Source: Solirubrobacterales bacterium (GTDB lineage Bacteria > Actinomycetota > Thermoleophilia > Solirubrobacterales > 70-9). Taken from it: a stretch of DNA of 44,045 bases. Positions 1 to 7,991 of the stretch are shown here, piece by piece. The first letter of the stretch is position 1. Each line of letters opens with the position of its first letter. A program made the position numbers and the translations under genes. The notes beneath the pieces were generated by a model. That model worked only from the letters and a program-made list of their open reading frames with translations, had not been told where the DNA came from and ran no database searches. The DNA lies in contig JBOGYZ010000326.1 in NCBI GenBank assembly GCA_050697015.1, positions 1 through 44,045 on the forward strand, written 5' to 3'.

Positions 1-1
1 C

Positions 2-1063
2 GCCTCCGCGGCCGCGCCCGTCTACATCTCCGAGGTGGCGCCGCCGGAGAGCCGCGGGCGGCTGGTCACCTTCTTCCAGCTGGCGGTGACGATCGGGATC
101 CTCGTCGCCTACCTGGTCGGCCTCGCCTTCGACGCCAGCGAAGGCTGGCGCTGGATGCTCGGGCTCGGCTGCGTGCCGGCGCTCGCGCTCGCCTTCGGCA
201 TGCTGCGGATGCCGCAGAGCCCGCGCTGGCTGGTGATGAAGGGCGACGACTACGCGGCGCGCGCGGTGCTGGCGAAGATCCGCGTCGACGACCCCGACAC
301 GATCGACCGCGAGCTGGAGGAGATCGAGGAGTCGGTGCACACCGACGCCAAGGCCGGCTCCTGGTCGGACCTCCTGCAGCCGGCGGTGAAAGCGGCGCTG
401 GTGGTCGGCATCGGCCTGGCGATCCTGCAGCAGGTGACCGGCATCAACACGGTCATCTACTACGCGCCGACGATCATCGAATTCACCGGCGTCAACTCCT
501 CGGCGGGCTCGATCCTCGCCGCCGTCGGCGTCGGCATCATCAACGTCGCCTTTACCCTCGTCGCGATCCGCCTGCTCGACAAAGCGGGACGCCGGACGAT
601 GCTGATGATCGGCGTCTCCGGCATGGTGATCTCGCTGGTCGCGCTCGGCGGCGCGTTCGTCGGCGGAGGCGGGTCGACCGTCGCCTCGGTCGTCGCGATC
701 CTCAGCCTGATGGCCTTCGTCGCCTCCTTCGCGATCAGCCTCGGGCCGATCTTCTGGCTGCTGAACGCGGAGATCTACCCGCTCGGCGTGCGCTCGAAGG
801 CGGCCGGGCTGGGGACGATGGCGAACTGGACCTTCAACTTCATCGTCTCGCTGACCTTCCTGCTGCTGATCGAAGCACTCGGGCGGGCGGGCGCCTTCTG
901 GTTCTACGCGGCGATCGGCGTGGTGACGCTGTGGTTCTGCTGGAAGTACGTCCCGGAGACCAAAGGCAAGCCGCTGGAGGAGATCGAGGCCGAGTTCGAA
1001 GCGCGCGCCGCGACGAAGAGCACGGCGCCCGCGGCGCCCGGCCCGGTCGAGCCGGTCGGCTGA
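2..1063 (+). CDS. MFS sugar-porter family transporter (5' end cut by window edge)
   Basis: The frame is open from nt 2 (..PVYISEVAPPESRGRL.., the sugar-porter PESRG loop motif). It has many hydrophobic TM-like segments and a C-terminal PETKGKPLEEIE motif. The first start in the ORF track (35) is internal. Confidence 0.9.
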   Translation, partial: ASAAAPVYISEVAPPESRGRLVTFFQLAVTIGILVAYLVGLAFDASEGWRWMLGLGCVPALALAFGMLRMPQSPRWLVMKGDDYAARAVLAKIRVDDPDTIDRELEEIEESVHTDAKAGSWSDLLQPAVKAALVVGIGLAILQQVTGINTVIYYAPTIIEFTGVNSSAGSILAAVGVGIINVAFTLVAIRLLDKAGRRTMLMIGVSGMVISLVALGGAFVGGGGSTVASVVAILSLMAFVASFAISLGPIFWLLNAEIYPLGVRSKAAGLGTMANWTFNFIVSLTFLLLIEALGRAGAFWFYAAIGVVTLWFCWKYVPETKGKPLEEIEAEFEARAATKSTAPAAPGPVEPVG

Positions 1064-1108
1064 ACCGACCCCGTCGGGCGCCCTGCCGCGCGCCGGTACC
1101 CTTGTCCG

Positions 1109-2032
1109 ATGCGCGTAGACGAGATCATCGCCGGCAAGCGACCAACCTTCTCGGTCGAGTTCTCCCCGCCCCGAACCCCGGAGGGCGAGGTATCCCTGTT
1201 CGAGACGGCGCGCCAGCTGCGTGAGCTGGAGCCGGACTTCGTCTCCGTCACCTACGGCGCGGGCGGCTCGACCCGCGACGGCACGGTGGAGATCACCCGG
1301 GCACTGAAGGACGACCTCGGCTTCGAGACGATGGCCCACCTGAGCTGCGTCGGCGAGACGACCGCGGGGCTCTCGGCGACGCTCGACAAGATCGCCGCGG
1401 CGGGGATCGAGAACGTCTTCGCGCTGCGCGGCGACCCGCCCCGCGGACAGAGCGACTTCGAGCAGCACGAGGGCGGGCTCGGCAGCGCCGCCGACCTGAC
1501 CCGCTTCATCGAGGCCGGACCCTGGGACTTCGCCCTCGGCGGCGCCTGCTTCCCGGAGGTGCACCCGGAGGCGCCCGATCTGGAGACCGACCTCGCCTAC
1601 CTGAAGCAGAAGGTCGAGGCCGGCGCCTCGTTCCTCACCACCCAGCTCTTCTTCGACAACCAGGTGTACTTCGACTTCGTCGCCGCGGCGCGCGCGGCGG
1701 GGATCGAGGTGCCGATCCTGGCCGGGGTGATCCCGGTCGGCAGCTTCGCCCAGACGAAGCGGATCTGCGAGCTCTGCGAAGCCTCGATCCCGGCGCCGCT
1801 GGAAGCGGCGTTCGAGGCGGCCGGGGACGACCCGGAGCGCGAGTTCGAGCTCGGCGTCGCCTTCGCCGCGCAGCAGTGCTCGGAGCTCCTGATCGCCGGC
1901 GCCCCCGGGATCCACTTCTACGCGCTGAACCGGGCGGCGGCGACGCGCGCGGTGCTGGGCGCGCTGAAGGCCTCGAAGCCGTGGGAGCGGACCCGCGGCG
2001 ACGCCTCCACGCTGGCCGGCCGGATCAGCTAG
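1109..2032 (+). CDS. metF: 5,10-methylenetetrahydrofolate reductase
   Basis: 307-aa ORF with an ATG start. The blocks FSVEFSPPRT, VSVTYGAGGSTR and FALRGDPP are typical of the MetF/MTHFR family. Confidence 0.9.
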   Translation: MRVDEIIAGKRPTFSVEFSPPRTPEGEVSLFETARQLRELEPDFVSVTYGAGGSTRDGTVEITRALKDDLGFETMAHLSCVGETTAGLSATLDKIAAAGIENVFALRGDPPRGQSDFEQHEGGLGSAADLTRFIEAGPWDFALGGACFPEVHPEAPDLETDLAYLKQKVEAGASFLTTQLFFDNQVYFDFVAAARAAGIEVPILAGVIPVGSFAQTKRICELCEASIPAPLEAAFEAAGDDPEREFELGVAFAAQQCSELLIAGAPGIHFYALNRAAATRAVLGALKASKPWERTRGDASTLAGRIS

Positions 2033-3032
2033 CTCGGTAGGCGGGGAAGTAGCCGCCGGCGTCGCGGGTGCCGGTGAGCGCCGCGTAGGACTCCGGGTCG
2101 CAGACGACCTCGGAGGTGCGCCACGCGAGCGTGCGGTTGGCGTAGCCGCGCTTGAACTCCTCCAGCGCGTCACCGGGCGTGATCCCGCCGCCGAGGTTCA
2201 GCGGCAGCTCCAGCTCGCTCGCGTGCTCGATCAGCCGGGCGAGAACGTTCTTCATCGGCGAGTCGCCGAGGCGCGAATCGGCGCTGCCGCTGAGGTAGTA
2301 GTGCAGGTAGCCGTCGCTGACGCAGGCGATCGAGGCGGCGGCCGGGGCGCCGTCGGGATCGGTGGCCAGCGCCAGCCAGGTGCGCTCGGCGCCGAAGATC
2401 TCGTCGAAGTAGGCAGCGCCGAAGAAGTAGTGCGACGCGGCGTCGGTCCGGCGCATGGTCTGCTCGTAGAGGTCGAGGAAGGCGGCGCGCTCCTCGGGGC
2501 TCGTCTCCGTCCCCGGGATCAGCTCGACCGCGTATCCCGACTCGAGGTTGCGGCGGACCTGGCGGCGGTCGCTCGGCCGACTCTTCGGCTTCAGTGCCGG
2601 GTCGTGGATCTGGACCACGTTGCGCTCGGTCGGACCCGCGAGCGGCACCAGGTCGAGCCGGTGGCGGATGAAGACCGAGACGAGCCCGGTGCGATGGAAG
2701 TCGATCCCGGTCGGGTCGATCCCCCCCGGTGCGTTCGCACTTTGGTCCGCTATGCGGAAACTTCTGCGAACGCCCTCGTCGGCGTTCACGGTGAAGCCCG
2801 GGTAGCCGTATGGAGACACCGCGTCGAGGTCGGGGCCGCCGTCGATCTCGCGGACGATGAGCGGCGCCAGCAGCTCGGCGTCGGCGAGCTCTATCCGCAG
2901 GGTGTGGGTGGCGCGCTCGGCGGCGAGGAAGTGGGCACCGCGGAAGAACTCGCTCGGGTGGCCGCCGACACCGCCGACGGCCGAGGCGCCGCCGTCCTCG
3001 ATCAGCTGCGCGAAGGGCCTAGAACTACTCAC
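2025..3032 (-). CDS. FemAB/BioF2-like acyltransferase (GNAT-fold) family protein
   Basis: The last ~335 aa of the 422-aa ORF read as real protein (VSPYGYPGF, YLHYYLSGS, GDSPMKNVL, LNLGGG, LEEFKRGYAN). The Arg/Ser/Pro-rich first ~87 aa overlap the upstream GNAT gene and are rejected. Start placed at GTG 3032, which overlaps the GNAT stop by 8 nt; CTG 3005 is an alternative. The 3' end overlaps convergent metF by 8 nt. Confidence 0.6.
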   Translation of the reverse strand: MSSSRPFAQLIEDGGASAVGGVGGHPSEFFRGAHFLAAERATHTLRIELADAELLAPLIVREIDGGPDLDAVSPYGYPGFTVNADEGVRRSFRIADQSANAPGGIDPTGIDFHRTGLVSVFIRHRLDLVPLAGPTERNVVQIHDPALKPKSRPSDRRQVRRNLESGYAVELIPGTETSPEERAAFLDLYEQTMRRTDAASHYFFGAAYFDEIFGAERTWLALATDPDGAPAAASIACVSDGYLHYYLSGSADSRLGDSPMKNVLARLIEHASELELPLNLGGGITPGDALEEFKRGYANRTLAWRTSEVVCDPESYAALTGTRDAGGYFPAYRAS

Positions 3033-3576
3033 CGAACAGGTCGGTGGTGGCGGCCCGGAACTCGTCCGGGAGGACGCCCCAGACCTCGCAGTCGTCGGGC
3101 GGTTCGCCCTCGCGCGCGAGGTGGGCACGCATCGTCCCCTCGTACTTCCAGCCCTGGCTGGCGACGGTCTTCTTCGCGATCTCGTTGCGCGCCGGGATGC
3201 GCCCGTATACCCGGTGGGCGCCGAACTCGTCGAACGCCTTCTTGATCGTCTGGGCCTCGGCGCGCCGCCCCACGCCCTTGCCGCGCACGTCATCTCCGAT
3301 CAATGCGCCCAGCTCCGGCGCGGTCTGGCGGAAGAGCCCGTAGAGGGCGGTGAAGCCGACCGGCTCGTCGTACCCCTCGACCACGATCGCGTACTTGCGG
3401 TCCTCGTCGGAGCCCGCGACCGCCCGCTTCGTCCAGGCTTCGGCTTCCTCCAGCGAGAAGCTCCCCCGCTGCTCCATCAGCGACTTCGTCGCCTCGGGGT
3501 TGTTGAACCAGCGGTGGACGGCGGGCGCATCGCCCTCCTCGAAGGCGCGCAGGCTGACCTCGGGTCGATCGCTCAT
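3025..3576 (-). CDS. GNAT family N-acetyltransferase (RimJ/RimL-like)
   Basis: The translation has the typical layout: LRAFEEGDAPAVHRW.., ..GYDEPVGFTAL.., the acetyl-CoA loop RGKGVGRRA, and ..HRVYGRIPARN... ATG 3576 is preferred over the GTG at 3594, which lies inside the direct repeat. Confidence 0.85.
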   Translation of the reverse strand: MSDRPEVSLRAFEEGDAPAVHRWFNNPEATKSLMEQRGSFSLEEAEAWTKRAVAGSDEDRKYAIVVEGYDEPVGFTALYGLFRQTAPELGALIGDDVRGKGVGRRAEAQTIKKAFDEFGAHRVYGRIPARNEIAKKTVASQGWKYEGTMRAHLAREGEPPDDCEVWGVLPDEFRAATTDLFGE

Positions 3577-3589
3577 CCGCGGAACCCTA

Positions 3590-3630
3590 CCCACGACTCA
3601 CTCGGGGGACACGCCCTCGCCGGTGAGGAC
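3590..3630. repeat. Left copy of a 41-bp direct repeat (orphan duplicate of the sugar-transferase 3' end)
   Basis: Identical to 4870-4910 except C3618 versus T4898. On the minus strand it reads VLTGEGVSPE-stop plus 8 nt but has no gene body upstream. Confidence 0.9.
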
Positions 3631-3653
3631 GGACTCCGTAGCGGGAGACCTCG

Positions 3654-3956
3654 CTAAACGACGACAGGGACCTCTAGGCCGCGGCGGTCAAGCGCTTTCT
3701 GAATGACTCTCTCGACATCCGGCGAAACGCCATGGATAGCGAGCCTGAAATCCAGAATTCCATTCCGCACTTCTTCGGCCAGACATGCGACAAACTCATC
3801 AGCGAATGAATGGCTGGTGGCGATCACCCCGGTGAAATCCAGTACGACCTCACTCTCGTCCTCAGCGGTTCTCGCGAGGTCCTCGCGCATCTGAGTTCCA
3901 AGCGGACGGGTCGCGAGAGTCTTTCCCCGTTCCGCGAGCGCGTAGCTGTACGACAT
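3654..3956 (-). CDS. STAS-like (DUF4325-like) small protein
   Basis: 100 aa, ATG preceded by GAGGAGG. The core ..VVLDFTGVIATSHSFADEFVACL.. matches my memory of the DUF4325/anti-sigma-antagonist-like layout. Sampled lines are lower GC than the flanks. Confidence 0.65.
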   Translation of the reverse strand: MSYSYALAERGKTLATRPLGTQMREDLARTAEDESEVVLDFTGVIATSHSFADEFVACLAEEVRNGILDFRLAIHGVSPDVERVIQKALDRRGLEVPVVV

Positions 3957-4015
3957 TCGCCTCCTCTCTCTCGAACGGTGTCAGGCCTAGTCAGTTTAGA
4001 AAGACGATCGGAAGC

Positions 4016-4861
4016 TCAGACTGACACAAGGTCGTAGGTCATCCAGGTGCCGCGCCGGAATTGCGACGCCGGGAAAGTCTCAATCTTTCGATTTTCCTGA
4101 ACTATCTGGAGACGACAGAAGCCGCTGGCCGAGAGGATGTCCATCTGGGCGCCGTGGAGGGAGCGCGTCAGCGCCGCTTCAAAGGTCGAAGAAAAACCGA
4201 TCCCTCGATGTGGATGCCCGGTACCGGTGATGTGTTCGTCGGTTGCACGCGCGATCGCGTAGCCGTCGTCAGTCCAATCGGGGTAGCGCTGACGTATGTG
4301 CTCCGGGATGCCCATCCCGAGATCCCCGATGGCGATCGAGATCTGCCGGCGAGGGTCGGTGACCCGCCTCACTGCCACGTACGCACCGAGCGGATTTGCC
4401 CCGTGCTCGATTGCATTCCCGCACATCTCCGAGACGGCTTGGAAAGTCGCCTCGCCCAACGCTGAAACATCTGGGAGGTCGTACTCGAGGATCTCCTTCG
4501 TGCGTCTCGCCACCTCCTCGACCTCCAAGAACTCCCGCATCTTCGTTACCGGAAGAACAGCATCGTCTTCTCGGGCCTCTCTCTCGTCCCCGACGTGCAT
4601 CGCATCAAAAAGACGGCGTGCCTCTGGCTCTACTGGTGGAACTACCTCGACAGTCCGCCCTTGCAGCCTGTGCCAGTCCACGAACACCCGCAGCCGCACG
4701 GCGAACATTGGGTGGATCGGCGCCCCGAGCTTTCTGCAGTCAACGACGGCTACTTCAGGCAAGGCATGGCTGAGAGGGAAATCGTCCTTCCAGCCACGGT
4801 CGCCGCTTCGGCTTCCAAGTTCCTTACGCCAATCCATGTAACGGACCCTACGTCTCCACAC
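4016..4861 (-). CDS. GHKL (Bergerat-fold, RsbW/SpoIIAB-like) ATPase/kinase with an extra N-terminal domain
   Basis: N-box SEMCGNAIEHG, G1 box IGDLGMGIP and a G2-like GTGHPHRGIGF are present. About 130 aa of N-terminal extension has no recognised motif. GTG start at 4861; ATG 4837 is an alternative. Confidence 0.7.
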   Translation of the reverse strand: MWRRRVRYMDWRKELGSRSGDRGWKDDFPLSHALPEVAVVDCRKLGAPIHPMFAVRLRVFVDWHRLQGRTVEVVPPVEPEARRLFDAMHVGDEREAREDDAVLPVTKMREFLEVEEVARRTKEILEYDLPDVSALGEATFQAVSEMCGNAIEHGANPLGAYVAVRRVTDPRRQISIAIGDLGMGIPEHIRQRYPDWTDDGYAIARATDEHITGTGHPHRGIGFSSTFEAALTRSLHGAQMDILSASGFCRLQIVQENRKIETFPASQFRRGTWMTYDLVSV

Positions 4862-4869
4862 GGAGGGTC

Positions 4870-4910
4870 CCCACGACTCACTCGGGGGACACGCCCTTGC
4901 CGGTGAGGAC
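4870..4910. repeat. Right copy of the 41-bp direct repeat (true 3' end of the sugar-transferase CDS plus 8 nt)
   Basis: See 3590-3630. It covers the last 10 codons and the stop (4878-4880) of the sugar transferase. Confidence 0.9.
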
Positions 4911-5441
4911 CGGGAGGATCGTCAGGGCGAGGATGCGGAGGTCGAGCCGGGGGGTGCGGTGTTCGACGTACCAGTCGTCGAGCTCGGCCCGTTCGGGCCA
5001 GGTGATGTCCGCGCGGCCCTTCACCTGCGCCCAGCCGGTGATCCCGGGCAAGACGCGGAAGCGGGGGTGGCCGTGGAGGTCGAAGTAGTCGAGGTGGGCG
5101 GGCAGGGCCGGGCGGGGTCCGACGATCGCCATCTCGCCGCGCAGCACGTTGATCAGGTTCGGGATCTCGTCGATCGAGGTGCGACGCATCAGCTCGCCGG
5201 GCTTCGTCACCCGCGGGTCGCCCTGGCCGACCGCCGTCCCGACCCCGACCGGGTCGGAGCCTTCCTTCATCGTCCGCAGCTTCAGCATCTCGAAGACGCG
5301 GCCGTCCTTGCCGACGCGTCGCTGGCGGTAGACGACCGGCCCGCGGCTGTCGAGCTTGATCCAGATCGCCATCGCGAACAGGACCGGGGAGAGGATCAGG
5401 AGCCCGAGGGCGGCCAGGAGGCGGTCGGCGGCGTGGGGCAT
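4878..5441 (-). CDS. Polyprenyl-phosphate sugar-phosphate transferase (bacterial sugar transferase, WbaP/ExoY-type, short form)
   Basis: The last 187 aa of the 429-aa ORF carry a single N-terminal TM, then KLDSRGPVVYRQRRVGKDGRVFEMLKLRTM, DEIPNLINVLRGEMAIVGPRP and GITGWAQV. The upstream Arg/Pro-rich part is rejected. Its ATG shares one base with the GT2 stop (TGATG). Confidence 0.9.
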   Translation of the reverse strand: MPHAADRLLAALGLLILSPVLFAMAIWIKLDSRGPVVYRQRRVGKDGRVFEMLKLRTMKEGSDPVGVGTAVGQGDPRVTKPGELMRRTSIDEIPNLINVLRGEMAIVGPRPALPAHLDYFDLHGHPRFRVLPGITGWAQVKGRADITWPERAELDDWYVEHRTPRLDLRILALTILPVLTGKGVSPE

Positions 5442-6625
5442 CAGCGGGTCCCTGCTGCCTTCTCCCAGCGCCCGCCGGAGCCGTGGCGGAGGCGGTCCCA
5501 GAGGCCGAGGACGATCGAGGCCTGGGTGAGGACGTAGTAGCGGCAGACGCGCACCACGGTGTCGTCGGGAAGGCGGTTGGAAAGCGCCGCGACGGCGAGC
5601 AACGCCAGCTGGACGATCAGGGTCAGGTAGTAGAACCAGCCGGTCCCCAGCAGCACCAGGTTGGCGAGGAGGACGAGGATGTGGAGGAAGGGCGTCGCGT
5701 AGCGGAGCAGCCGGTGGCTGAAGAGCTCGAAGGCGAACAGCGGTGGGTAGCCGCGCGGGACGATCATGCCTTCCCCGACGACGATGTCCCAGAGGCCGAC
5801 CATCATCCGCCGTTTGCGGGCGAACTCGCCCTCGATCGTCGGCACCATCTTCTCCTTGGCGCGCGCCCCCGGTGCATAGAGGGAGCGCAGGCCGCGCTTG
5901 GCGAGCCGGAAGGGGAAGCTGAGGTCGTGGCTGCCGGACGGCGGCAGGTCTTCGTAGGCGCTGCGGCGCACCGCGTAGATCGCGCCGTTGCCGGCGGTGA
6001 TCCCGGCCAGCTCGGACTCCATCGTGCGGATGCCCATCTCGTAGCGCCAGTAGGCGCCCTCGAGGTTGTCGCCCTCGGGGTCGAGGAAGCGGACCTGGCC
6101 GCAGACGTAGCCGACGCGCTCGTCGGCGAACGGGGCGAGCAGCTCCTCCAGCGCGTTCGGCGCCCACTCGCTGTTGGCGTCGGAGAAGGCGAGGATCTCG
6201 CCGACGGCGTCGGAGACCGCTTCGTTCAGGGCGACGACCTTGCCGCCGGGCGGGAGCTCGAGGACGAGGTCGGCGCCGGCGGCGCGCGCCCGCTCGGGCG
6301 TCTCGTCAGTGGAGCCGTCGTCGGCGACGATGATCTGCAGCCGCTCGCGCGGCCAGTCAAGTCGCAGCGCGTTCTCGACTTTCGGCGCGATCACCTCCTC
6401 CTCGTCGTAGGCGGGGATGATCAGGGACACCATCGGCACGTCCTCCGGCGCGCGCCCGGTCGTGCCGGCGGCGAGGCCGGGGGGGCGCGGCGCCCGCGGG
6501 CCGCCCATCGTTTCCCGCCCGCGCCGGGCGGAGACGAGGACCCGGAGCACGAACGGGTAGCCGACCTGGGCGAAGACGATCGCCGGCGCGCAGACCCAGA
6601 AGACGATCGAGGCGAGCGTCGTCAC
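5441..6625 (-). CDS. Membrane-associated family 2 glycosyltransferase
   Basis: 394 aa from GTG 6625, in a GTGA overlap with the GT4 stop. Motifs: SLIIPAYDEE, IIVADDGSTDET, AFSDAN, C-terminal TM segments. Confidence 0.85.
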   Translation of the reverse strand: MTTLASIVFWVCAPAIVFAQVGYPFVLRVLVSARRGRETMGGPRAPRPPGLAAGTTGRAPEDVPMVSLIIPAYDEEEVIAPKVENALRLDWPRERLQIIVADDGSTDETPERARAAGADLVLELPPGGKVVALNEAVSDAVGEILAFSDANSEWAPNALEELLAPFADERVGYVCGQVRFLDPEGDNLEGAYWRYEMGIRTMESELAGITAGNGAIYAVRRSAYEDLPPSGSHDLSFPFRLAKRGLRSLYAPGARAKEKMVPTIEGEFARKRRMMVGLWDIVVGEGMIVPRGYPPLFAFELFSHRLLRYATPFLHILVLLANLVLLGTGWFYYLTLIVQLALLAVAALSNRLPDDTVVRVCRYYVLTQASIVLGLWDRLRHGSGGRWEKAAGTR

Positions 6626-7737
6626 GGGCGCGCCAGCAGCTCCTCGTAGAGCGCCAGGGTGAGGCGGGCGGCCTCGTCCCAGGAGTAGGGCCCGGCGGCG
6701 GCGGCGCGGGCGGCGGCGGCCAGCTCCTCGCGCGCGGCGAGATCGTCGACCAGCTCCCGCAGCACCGCGGCGAGGGCGCCGGTGTCGCCGGGCGCGACGA
6801 GCCGCGCGGCGCCGTGCTCGGCGACCTCCGGGAAGCCGCCGACCGCGCTCACCACCATCGGCTTGCCGAAGGCGAGGCCGGTGTAGAGGACGCCGGAGTG
6901 CTCGGCGTCCAGATAGGGCAAGGCGATGATGTCGGCGCGGCGGAAGATCGCCGGGATCTCGGCGTCCTCGACGAAGCGGGTGACGAAGCGGACCTTGGCG
7001 CCGGTCAACGCGGCGGCCTCGTGCAGCGGCTCGACCGACATCCGCGGGTTGCCGACGATCCACAGCTCGGCGCCCTCGACCTCGGTGAACGCCTCGAGCA
7101 GGTTCTCCAGCCCCTTATAGGGGCGCAGCAAGCCGAAGGAGAGGACCACCGGCCCCTCCGCCCCCTGCAGCTCCTCCGGCAGCGGCTTCTCCTCCGGCAG
7201 CCGGGTCAGATAGTCGAAGGCGCCGTGGGGGATCACCCGCACGCGATCAGCCGGCAGCCCGACTTCGTCGCGCAGCCGGCGGGCGCCGTGCTCGGAGTGG
7301 GCGACGACCGCGTCCATCGCGCCGAACACCTTGTGGGCGCCACGGGCGGCGCGACGGCTTGCGTTCGGAGGCAGGATGTAGTGAGCGGTCATCACCCGGG
7401 GGCGGGTCGACGGCAACAGGCGCCGGTCGATCCCTGGCAGGGTCAGCCACTGGTAATGGACGAGGTCGGCATCCGTGGGCGCGCGTTTGAACGCCCGCAT
7501 GTCCCGCAGGTGCTCGGCGGCCTTGAACGGCAGCCGCGCCGAGGAGGAGAGCCCGCGCGAGGCGGTGCGCTTATAGAAGCGCTCATCGACCTCGTAGCCC
7601 TCCGCCTCGGGGACCGGCCCGTAGAGGAACTTCGTCGTGACCAGCTCCACCTCCGCCCCCCCACGCGCGAGCGCCGCGGCAAGCGCGCGGTCATAGGGCG
7701 GCGTGAAGGCGGATGGATCGACGAGTTGGACTTTCAT
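6622..7737 (-). CDS. Family 4 (GT-B, GT1-type) glycosyltransferase
   Basis: 371 aa. The C-terminal half has the EHSGVLYTGLAFGKPMVVSAVGGFPE retaining-GT signature (E-x7-E region). Confidence 0.9.
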   Translation of the reverse strand: MKVQLVDPSAFTPPYDRALAAALARGGAEVELVTTKFLYGPVPEAEGYEVDERFYKRTASRGLSSSARLPFKAAEHLRDMRAFKRAPTDADLVHYQWLTLPGIDRRLLPSTRPRVMTAHYILPPNASRRAARGAHKVFGAMDAVVAHSEHGARRLRDEVGLPADRVRVIPHGAFDYLTRLPEEKPLPEELQGAEGPVVLSFGLLRPYKGLENLLEAFTEVEGAELWIVGNPRMSVEPLHEAAALTGAKVRFVTRFVEDAEIPAIFRRADIIALPYLDAEHSGVLYTGLAFGKPMVVSAVGGFPEVAEHGAARLVAPGDTGALAAVLRELVDDLAAREELAAAARAAAAGPYSWDEAARLTLALYEELLARP

Positions 7738-7991
7738 GATGGTGAGAGGTGTTGTCTGTAGGCGCTTTGTCTGCGCGGAAGTATCAAGCGTGCCGGTACC
7801 AAGTTCTTTAGGTACGGCCTTGAGCGGTGTGGAGAAATTGGATGGTTCGATAGCTCTCTACTGGTTGAACGCTACTTTGACCGTTCAGCGAGCGCTCAGC
7901 GCAACGACATAGGGCGGGAGCGTCCGCGCTCCGCTGTTCGAAATGCGCCGCATAGGCGGATAAGGAACGCCGGAGGGAGAGCACGGCCAGG

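Noticed and set aside
3640-3660. attC-like or integron-cassette signature at the cassette end (CGTTTAGCG)
   Set aside because: It does not fit the GTTRRRY/RYYYAAC core pair. There is no paired R''/L'' structure and no integron integrase.
5442-7063. N-terminal extensions of the ORF-track entries for the sugar transferase (to 6167) and the GT2 (to 7063). Similar extensions occur for ddl (to 23006), gyrB (to 41706), tatA (to 9301) and the FemAB-like gene (to 3293)
   Set aside because: The extensions are Arg/Pro-rich, overlap the upstream real gene in another frame, and precede obvious native N-termini with overlap-type or SD-preceded starts.
7703-7912. 69-aa ORF in the divergent GT4/GT2 intergenic region
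   Set aside because: It overlaps the GT4 start, has no SD, and its composition is not protein-like. The region is more likely regulatory DNA.
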